Shown one piece after another: positions 1 through 5,452 of a stretch of DNA of 19,523 nt. Numbering within the stretch: the stretch's first letter is position 1; the number at the start of each line of letters is the position of its first letter. The DNA is from Candidatus Altiarchaeota archaeon (GTDB lineage Archaea; Altiarchaeota; Altiarchaeia; IMC4; SCGC-AAA252-I15): NCBI GenBank assembly GCA_043800705.1, contig JAZDMS010000037.1, positions 1 through 19,523 on the forward strand. The letters are read 5' to 3'. The notes beneath the pieces are model-generated. The model worked only from the letters and a program-made list of their open reading frames with translations, did not search any database and was not told where the DNA came from. The position numbers and the translations under genes were made by a program.

Positions 1-195
1 CCTCTCACACTTCAGGCGTGAACTGTGGAAGTTCGACCAGAGATACAACAACTGGCGAAAGCAGGAACCGTTAAGCTGGCTGACGCCAGCCAGCGTCTAC
101 AACAACCCGCGATATTTTAACAAGGACTACAAAGTACTCAAAAAGCGGACATAAAATCGTGCAACAAAAGCGGACAAAAATTCATGCACTATACA
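1..195 (+). mobile_element. Right end of an IS481-family-like insertion sequence
   Basis: Transposase tail, then two 25-bp imperfect tandem repeats (141-165 AAAAGCGGACATAAAATCGTGCAAC; 166-190 AAAAGCGGACAAAAATTCATGCACT) and a terminal ...CTATACA at 195. This matches the TGT...ACA ends and repeated transposase-binding sites of IS481-type elements. Confidence 0.65.
2..154 (+). CDS. C-terminal fragment of an IS481/IS3-like DDE transposase (partial, runs off the window start)
   Basis: Frame 2 reads LSHFRRELWKFDQRYNNWRKQEPLSWLTPASVYNNPRYFNKDYKVLKKRT*. The YNxxRxxxxLxxxTP signature is typical of the end of integrase-core transposases. Not in the supplied ORF track. Confidence 0.75.
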   Translation, partial: LSHFRRELWKFDQRYNNWRKQEPLSWLTPASVYNNPRYFNKDYKVLKKRT

Positions 196-276
196 ATTAC
201 TTCTGATGTACTGATCAAGAAAATTTAAGGATTTATCTAATTCAAGAACCAATCTATCAATTCGTAAATCTGCCAC
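196..276 (-). pseudogene. 5' portion of an AT-rich gene apparently interrupted by the IS
   Basis: GTG at 276 is preceded by an AGGTG Shine-Dalgarno-like motif and upstream TATA-like boxes. It gives 27 open codons (VADLRIDRLVLELDKSLNFLDQYIRSN) running up to the IS end at 195. Confidence 0.35.
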
Positions 277-344
277 TGGCCAACACCTTTTTCACCGTCT
301 ACGGATTTATAGAACCCGCAGAACTTCCGGTTTATAATATAAAA

Positions 345-419
345 TAGCGGGGAATGGATTTGAACCATTGACCTTCGGGTTATGAGCCCGACGAGCACTC
401 CTGACTGCTCAACCCCGCT
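345..419 (-). tRNA. tRNA-Met(CAT), initiator type
   Basis: Full cloverleaf AGCGGGG...CCCCGCT-A, with an A1-U72 pair, three consecutive G-C pairs in the anticodon stem (TCGGG CTCATAA CCCGA) and T-loop TTCAAAT. No encoded CCA, no intron. Confidence 0.96.
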
Positions 420-446
420 TTTTTGTTTGTTGTGATTTTTTGTTTA

Positions 447-682
447 TTGCTGCGCCATCGAGCGCAAGCGAATATGGCGCCTTCGCCAGCCTTAATAAGG
501 CTGCTGACAGCTCAACCCCGCTTTTTTGTGTTTATTTTTTATGTTATTTGCCGCGCCATCGAGCGCAAGCGATTCAGCTTAGGCTTCAGCCTAAGGTGAA
601 CGCCCGACGCGAAGCGTCGGAAGCGAGACGGCGCCTTCGCCAGCCTTAATAAGGCTGCTGACAGCTCAACCCCGCTTTTTTT
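447..682 (-). repeat. Two tandem structured repeats each starting with the first 19 nt of tRNA-iMet
   Basis: 504-522 and 658-676 match tRNA 401-419 at 18/19. Blocks 476-527 and 630-681 are identical, as are 452-471 and 553-572. Several internal palindromes are present. Confidence 0.92.
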
Positions 683-729
683 AGACGATACTGCGTTTTT
701 TCTCGAGTATATCTTTATGTCGTTCCTTC

Positions 730-748
730 TATAAAAGAGGTTTTTATA
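730..748. promoter_or_regulatory. Back-to-back TATA boxes for the tRNA-iMet unit (-) and rpl40e (+)
   Basis: TTTTATA on the minus strand at 730-736. TTTTTATA on the plus strand at 741-748 has purine-rich BRE-like sequence upstream and lies about 28 nt before the rpl40e ATG. Confidence 0.55.
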
Positions 749-776
749 CCCTTTGTCCCTATAATATGGGTACATC

Positions 777-935
777 ATGACTAAGTTCAAAGAGGCCGAG
801 GTAAGGCTGTTTAAAGGCGTCTGCATGAGTTGCAACGCCAAGAACCCGATCGACGCCACAAAGTGCCGCAAATGCGGGAAGACCGGCCGAATCAGGCGTA
901 AGAGCAGGAAGAAGGCCGTCAGCTCCACAGCATAA
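777..935 (+). CDS. rpl40e: 50S ribosomal protein L40e
   Basis: 52 aa [52 protein letters not shown], with the CxxCNAxNPxxAxKCRKC zinc-ribbon signature. Missed by the ORF track because of its length. Confidence 0.95.
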   Translation: MTKFKEAEVRLFKGVCMSCNAKNPIDATKCRKCGKTGRIRRKSRKKAVSSTA

Positions 936-1005
936 TCTAAAGCTGACAGTATTACTTCTCTTTACTGTATCTGTTTTTTATCCGTCCTTGCCTGTTTAGC
1001 CCTGG

Positions 1006-1383
1006 GTGTTTTCCGTGGCGGACAGTATGCTCCATCTGGCCTTGTGCGTTTCCATATTCGGACTAGTGATTATCGCGTATATTTCCCCGTCCATCCGTCC
1101 ACCTGTTTCCCATATCTCCGACCTGGAAGCCTCGTCGGTGGAGAAGGCCGTCCTCTTCGAGGGGGGTGTGACAAAGACACATGCGTTCAAGGGCGGCAGC
1201 GTCCTGCTGACCGTCTCCGAGGGGGGCTCATCCGTCGACGTCTTCGTCCCGGCGACACACGCAAAAGGTTTCATATCATCATCTTGGACCGGCAGGCACG
1301 TCAAGGTCACCGGCACGGTCCAACTTTATCGCGGAAAGTTGGAGGTCGTCGTCGACAATCCAAAGGGGGTGGTGTGGGAGTGA
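1006..1383 (+). CDS. Membrane-anchored OB-fold nucleic-acid-binding domain protein
   Basis: N-terminal hydrophobic helix (LALCVSIFGLVIIAYI), then an OB-fold-like beta pattern (VLFEGGV...LLTVSEGGSSVDVFV...GRHVKVTGTVQLYRGKLEVVV). The start could be 1006 (GTG) or 1027 (ATG). Confidence 0.8.
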   Translation: MFSVADSMLHLALCVSIFGLVIIAYISPSIRPPVSHISDLEASSVEKAVLFEGGVTKTHAFKGGSVLLTVSEGGSSVDVFVPATHAKGFISSSWTGRHVKVTGTVQLYRGKLEVVVDNPKGVVWE

Positions 1384-2159
1384 TCAGCGTCTCGGACCTC
1401 GGCAGGTTCCTGTACTGCCCGCGGCAGGTATACCTCGAATCCTTCCTTGGATTGGGGAGTCCGCAGACATTGGAGATGGGCAGAGGCGTCGTCGGACATG
1501 CCGTGAGGCGGGAGCTCAGCATGCGACAAAGGCGGCTGATGGAGAGGATTAGTTCAGCCAACGACGTCGACGACCTGCTGGTCCGTGAACTCGACGCAGT
1601 CCTCGAAGATATCCCATACATTTTCGCGGAAAAATGGTCTGCGGGCTACGGTATGTTCCTGCCTGAGGTGAGGCTTGAGATGCTGTCCGAGCTTGAGGGG
1701 CTGAAGGCCGACCTTTCCGCCATGGCTGAGGAATTGGGATTCGAGGCGACACTTGAGTATTTGACGCCCTGGAAAACCGAGTATACGGTCTGTTCAAACT
1801 CGCTTCGCCTGAAGGGGAGGGTCGATAAGGTCATGCGGATGCCGGGGATCGTCCCCATAGACATCAAGACGGGAAAGGTTTCAGAACTATTCCGGGAAGG
1901 GGATAGGATCCAGCTTTGCGCCTATGGGATGCTCCTGGAGGAGACATTCAATACGAAGATCCCCCACGGTTTCTTGGAGTACACGAGGATCCAGGAGCGC
2001 AGGCCGGTCGTGTTCAGCCAGAAGCTCCGCAGGCAGGTCGTGCTAATCAGGGACCAGGTGGCAGAGACCTTGTCGGGGATGGAGCCGCCCGTATGTCCGC
2101 ACGGGCAGCCAAAGAAATGCGACGCCTGCAGGCTGAACAGGATATGCTACAGGACCTAG
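1380..2159 (+). CDS. cas4: Solo Cas4-like PD-(D/E)XK nuclease with Fe-S cluster cysteines
   Basis: True start is probably GTG 1380 (GTGA overlap with the upstream stop). Motifs: YCPRQ, GxxxH, LKGRVD, PIDIKTG, QLCAY and C-terminal KCDACRLNRIC. Confidence 0.88.
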   Translation: MISVSDLGRFLYCPRQVYLESFLGLGSPQTLEMGRGVVGHAVRRELSMRQRRLMERISSANDVDDLLVRELDAVLEDIPYIFAEKWSAGYGMFLPEVRLEMLSELEGLKADLSAMAEELGFEATLEYLTPWKTEYTVCSNSLRLKGRVDKVMRMPGIVPIDIKTGKVSELFREGDRIQLCAYGMLLEETFNTKIPHGFLEYTRIQERRPVVFSQKLRRQVVLIRDQVAETLSGMEPPVCPHGQPKKCDACRLNRICYRT

Positions 2160-2359
2160 TCCTTCTTCTTAGCGTTCTGCTTTACCTTCTTGGTGATGTA
2201 TCCTGCGATCTTGTTGCGGATGCTCTTAGAGGTGATGTCGGTGTGGGTCCCAACCTTCTTCTTGTTGTCCTGGAAGTCGGTTTTTGTGAAGGTCTGGGGA
2301 TACTCCCTCATCAGCTTTACGGCAACCCGCTTCAGGTACGTCTGTTTAATCCTTCCCAT
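2156..2359 (-). CDS. rps17e: 30S ribosomal protein S17e
   Basis: MGRIKQTYLKRVAVKLMREYP...DFQDNKKKV...SKSIRNKIAGYIT is the S17e signature. Start at ATG 2359, about 25 nt after a TTTTTATAT box (2385-2393). Confidence 0.96.
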   Translation of the reverse strand: MGRIKQTYLKRVAVKLMREYPQTFTKTDFQDNKKKVGTHTDITSKSIRNKIAGYITKKVKQNAKKKD

Positions 2360-2384
2360 AGTGTCAAACAATAAGGCAACCGGC

Positions 2385-2393
2385 ATATAAAAA
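2385..2393 (-). promoter_or_regulatory. TATA box of rps17e (probably a leaderless transcript)
   Basis: TTTTTATAT on the minus strand, 25 nt upstream of the ATG. Confidence 0.6.
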
Positions 2394-2480
2394 CCGACGG
2401 CTGAATCTGAAGCGGGCGGTTTTTATAGACAAAACTGCATACAGGCTTTTGAAGAGGCAGTTTTGAAGATTTAAAAGCGC

Positions 2481-3353
2481 CTACTGGCTCAGAAAATCGA
2501 TCAGGGTGACTTTGCGCTCAGGCCGCCTCAGATTCGGCTCCCCGCTTATGCCGCTCATGTTCGCCGCAATGGCGACCGCGTCGTCGAAGCCACCGAGGTC
2601 GTCGACCAGGCCCAGATCCTTCGCTTCGCTGCCGAGATATATCCTGCCCTGGGAGATGTTCTTCACGTAGTCGACCTCCAATCCGCGGTTTTTAGCCACA
2701 TCTGATGTGAAGCTGTCGTAGACCTTGTCGACCATGTCTTTCATCTCCTTCTCCTCCTCCGGAGTCATGGGACGGTAGGGGCTGCCTGTGTCCTTGCTGT
2801 TGCCGGCCTTGATCGTGGTCACGTTTATCCCGACCCAGTCGAAGAGGTCATAATAGTGTTCTATGAACATGATGACCCCGATGCTGCCGGTCAGCGAGTT
2901 GTCGTCAGCCACGACCCTGTCCGCAGCGGAAGCGGCATAGTATGCGCCGGAGGCGCCGATCTCGCCGATCCATGCGACCGTCGGCTTCTGGGTGTTTCGG
3001 ACGGCCCGCATTAGCTCCCGCGAGGCGACGACGTTGCCCCCGCCGGAGTAGACGTCCAAGACGATTGCCTTGATACTAGGATCATCGTCGGCGTCCTTCA
3101 AATGCTGCTTGATCGCACCGACGTCGGCGCAGGTTTCGACAGCCAGCATGCTCCCGCCGCATCCGCCGAGCGTAATAGGCCCATATATCGGGACCACCGC
3201 AATGTCTCCGCCCCCGCCCAGAGGGGCCTTGAAATCGCCGAGAAAGGCAGCTATGCCGAACGCAATTATCATGACAAAAATCCCAAGCACACCGAACGTG
3301 ACAACAACCTTCCAAAAAGTCCTCAACTTAAAACACCTGCTACAGTATAGCAC
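2481..3353 (-). CDS. sppA: Signal peptide peptidase SppA (S49 family, short form)
   Basis: N-terminal TM helix and motifs IKAIVLDVYSGGG, GASGAYYAASAAD, TGSIGV, KAGNSKD and GRIYLGSEAKDLGLVD. The real start may be TTG 3326 (AGGTG upstream, TATA-like box at about 3361-3367). Confidence 0.93.
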   Translation of the reverse strand: MLYCSRCFKLRTFWKVVVTFGVLGIFVMIIAFGIAAFLGDFKAPLGGGGDIAVVPIYGPITLGGCGGSMLAVETCADVGAIKQHLKDADDDPSIKAIVLDVYSGGGNVVASRELMRAVRNTQKPTVAWIGEIGASGAYYAASAADRVVADDNSLTGSIGVIMFIEHYYDLFDWVGINVTTIKAGNSKDTGSPYRPMTPEEEKEMKDMVDKVYDSFTSDVAKNRGLEVDYVKNISQGRIYLGSEAKDLGLVDDLGGFDDAVAIAANMSGISGEPNLRRPERKVTLIDFLSQ

Positions 3354-3425
3354 CGGTCGGTTAAAAAGGCGGTGAAATGATCACACCCTAAAACAAGCTA
3401 CGAGCAATATAGACCCCCCCAACAA

Positions 3426-3872
3426 TCAATCATACCTTGCAACGATAGATAGGTTCATGCCTGAATCGCTCAGCACACATAATCCACGCTCCAACAGCCC
3501 TAACCTAACCTGGCAGTCGCAGAACTTCTTGAACACCTCCTTTATCCTCGATTCCCCAGTGGGATCCATCGACTTCACAACCCTGACGTAAAAGAGATTA
3601 GCCCCGTCACAATCGCCTTTCTCAGCCAAACCGTCAGCGACGGACTCAAGATGCTCTGGACTGTCCGCCGACAACGAAGCCCTATCCATCAACACCACAT
3701 ACCCGACAGACGTCGCCAAAAGAACCGCGGCCGCAGCGAGAATAAGATACATCCTAAACCGCGGCGAATCCCGGAGATTGCGCACATGGCGATGAAGCGG
3801 CCTGACAGATTTACCGCCGGCAACCACCACCTTCTTGACAGTAACATGATGATGAACTTTTCCCATATCCAT
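3426..3872 (-). CDS. Hypothetical single-pass membrane protein with a helical (TPR-like) C-terminal region
   Basis: Basic His-rich N-terminus, one TM helix (MYLILAAAAVLLATSVGYVVLM), helical repeat-like ADGLAEKGDCDGANLFYVRVV. Start moved to ATG 3872/3866 because the upstream part of the ORF is repeat DNA. Confidence 0.6.
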   Translation of the reverse strand: MDMGKVHHHVTVKKVVVAGGKSVRPLHRHVRNLRDSPRFRMYLILAAAAVLLATSVGYVVLMDRASLSADSPEHLESVADGLAEKGDCDGANLFYVRVVKSMDPTGESRIKEVFKKFCDCQVRLGLLERGLCVLSDSGMNLSIVARYD

Positions 3873-3913
3873 ATCAGCATCGTAATTGAGGAATAAATAT
3901 CTGCAGCCAACAG

Positions 3914-4250
3914 GCCGAAGACAATGCATTAAAACAGCCCACAGGCCCGATACAGAAGACCGAGGACAGAAGACCGAATACTTAGATTGCGACCGCCGGG
4001 ATCCTGCGCCGCGGTCCACAGTCTACAGTCCCCATCCTACAGTCCTCTGAAGACCGCAGACCGAAGACAGTCAAAAACAGCCCACAGTCCACAGTCTTGA
4101 AGACCGAAAACGGTAGACCGAAGACTTCCAACATGACCGAGGACAGAAGACCGAAGACTTAGATTGCGACCGTCGGGATTCTGCAAAAACCCTTCGGGGG
4201 TTTACATCCCGACGGTTACGCGACAAGAAATCGCTTTGGTGTGGTCTGAT
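3914..4250 (-). repeat. tRNA-Gly-linked repeat region: two copies of the tRNA 3' end plus heptamer repeats
   Basis: 4162-4181 is identical to 4248-4267 (20 bp), with a degenerate copy at 3985-4002. A 50-bp direct repeat at 3958-4007 / 4135-4184 has 3 mismatches. GAAGACC-like and CCACAGT-like heptamer runs are interspersed. Confidence 0.9.
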
Positions 4251-4322
4251 TGCGACCGTCGGGATTCGAACCCGAGTCGCCAGATTGGCAATCTGGAGTC
4301 ATAGCCACTAGACTACGGTCGC
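4251..4322 (-). tRNA. tRNA-Gly(GCC)
   Basis: 72-nt cloverleaf GCGACCG...CGGTCGC-A, anticodon arm CCAGA TTGCCAA TCTGG, T-arm TCGGG TTCGAAT CCCGA. No encoded CCA. Confidence 0.96.
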
Positions 4323-4409
4323 GTTGTTTTTTTGGTGATTTTGTGGGTTTTATATTATGCTGTCGGGTTTAAAAAATCGGTTAATTCTCTGGCTGGCCCA
4401 TAGTATCAT

Positions 4410-4820
4410 ATGGAACGCTTGAAGGAGACTGTGACGGGGGTGGATGCATTAGGCAAGCCGAAGAATCTTGAGTTCATCCATCTCGTCCACCATAGGGCTT
4501 ATCGGGACAAGAAGGGCGTATTATACAGGGCTGTTTCCGAGATCCATATCGTGGACGAGGGGATTTTCTCCTTCAGGTTGAGGTTCGTGGAGGAGTTGTT
4601 TCATGTCGTCAGAAGCCTTCGGGAGCGGAGATTGGAGAGGATTAGTCTCGTCTATGACCCGATAAGCCCAAACAGCGATTTTATCGTTAGAAATTCTGTC
4701 GAGATGGGATTTGTCAGCTCAGGACAGAGGGGTAGGCTAAGGCTCGACCCGCTGGCATTCGACAGGGTCTACAATTCCTTCAAAAAAAAGATGACAGATA
4801 GGGCTATTTTTTGTTTCTAA
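4410..4820 (+). CDS. Hypothetical protein
   Basis: 136-aa ORF with an ATG start, an AT-rich upstream region and protein-like composition. It fills the gap between tRNA-Gly and the next gene and overlaps the convergent gene by 17 bp. No family recognised. Confidence 0.65.
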   Translation: MERLKETVTGVDALGKPKNLEFIHLVHHRAYRDKKGVLYRAVSEIHIVDEGIFSFRLRFVEELFHVVRSLRERRLERISLVYDPISPNSDFIVRNSVEMGFVSSGQRGRLRLDPLAFDRVYNSFKKKMTDRAIFCF

Positions 4821-5406
4821 TGCGGCTTTTCATGTGGTCGAACAGGCTTCTCTTAGTGTATGCGTTCGTCTGGATCGGCTCCTCCCTCGCGTGCCTTATG
4901 TCCTCGACCGTGTAGAATGCCGTGGGGTTGCAGATTTTGATGATGTCCAGGACCTTCTTGACATCCTTCCGCCTCACGATGGAGAATATTATGTTCACCG
5001 TTCCCTGCTCCTCGGTGGCTTCGTGTTTGGTGTTCCTGTAGCCTTCCGCCTTCAGGCATTGGAGCAGTTTCGTCGTGTCTTTGCTCGTTATGACCCTGAC
5101 GAGTACGGTGCCTACTGAGAGTTTCTCCTCGACGAGTATGCCCACCAGGTTGCCGGTTGCGAAGCCTGCGGCGTATGCGATGTAGTGTATGGGGCTTGTG
5201 AGGTGCTGCATTATCTGGGTGATGGCGAGGAGCCATATGAGGACTTCGAAGAATCCCAGAATCGGGGCGACGTATTTCATCCCCCGCTGGACGTATATTA
5301 TCCTCACGGTGTCGAGTGTGACGTCGCAGATGCGTGACAGGAATATGAGCAGGGGGAGTATGGCAAACGTGAACGTGTCGGAGTTCATGAATGCTGCATA
5401 GTCCAT
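4804..5406 (-). CDS. DUF2179/DUF5698 (UPF0316) membrane protein
   Basis: Motifs LIFLSRICDVTLDTVRII, LGFFEVLIWLLAI, YAAGFATGNLVGILVEEKL and C-terminal PII-like NPTAFYTVEDIR. Start reset to ATG 5406. Confidence 0.9.
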   Translation of the reverse strand: MDYAAFMNSDTFTFAILPLLIFLSRICDVTLDTVRIIYVQRGMKYVAPILGFFEVLIWLLAITQIMQHLTSPIHYIAYAAGFATGNLVGILVEEKLSVGTVLVRVITSKDTTKLLQCLKAEGYRNTKHEATEEQGTVNIIFSIVRRKDVKKVLDIIKICNPTAFYTVEDIRHAREEPIQTNAYTKRSLFDHMKSRIRNKK

Positions 5407-5452
5407 GCAATCATTTAAGCGCGTAGGATTTAATATCATGTCGTGATTTGAC

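Noticed and set aside
504-676. Split or intron-containing tRNA-Met halves
   Set aside because: Only 19 nt match, the sequence diverges in the D-loop, I see no matching 3' half or convincing bulge-helix-bulge, and an intact copy is adjacent.
401-682. CRISPR array (repeats near a cas4 gene)
   Set aside because: The repeat is the tRNA 5' end, the intervening sequences are homologous to each other rather than unique spacers, spacing is irregular (103 and 154 bp), and there is no cas1/cas2.
440-928. ORFs 440-649 (+) and 539-928 (-)
   Set aside because: They are translations of palindromic repeat DNA and of the antisense strand of rpl40e.
1044-1379. N-terminal 112-aa extension of the Cas4-like ORF
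   Set aside because: It overlaps the OB-fold gene in another frame and is Arg/Gly-rich shadow sequence. Cas4 similarity starts at GTG 1380.
3873-4019. N-terminal extension of the 197-aa ORF
   Set aside because: It runs through the tRNA-linked and heptamer repeats. A TATA-like box lies just upstream of ATG 3872.
3985-4267. CRISPR array or intact integrated element at tRNA-Gly
   Set aside because: Only three copies with 86 and 177 bp spacing and repetitive filler, and no integrase or cargo between them. An old att scar cannot be fully excluded.
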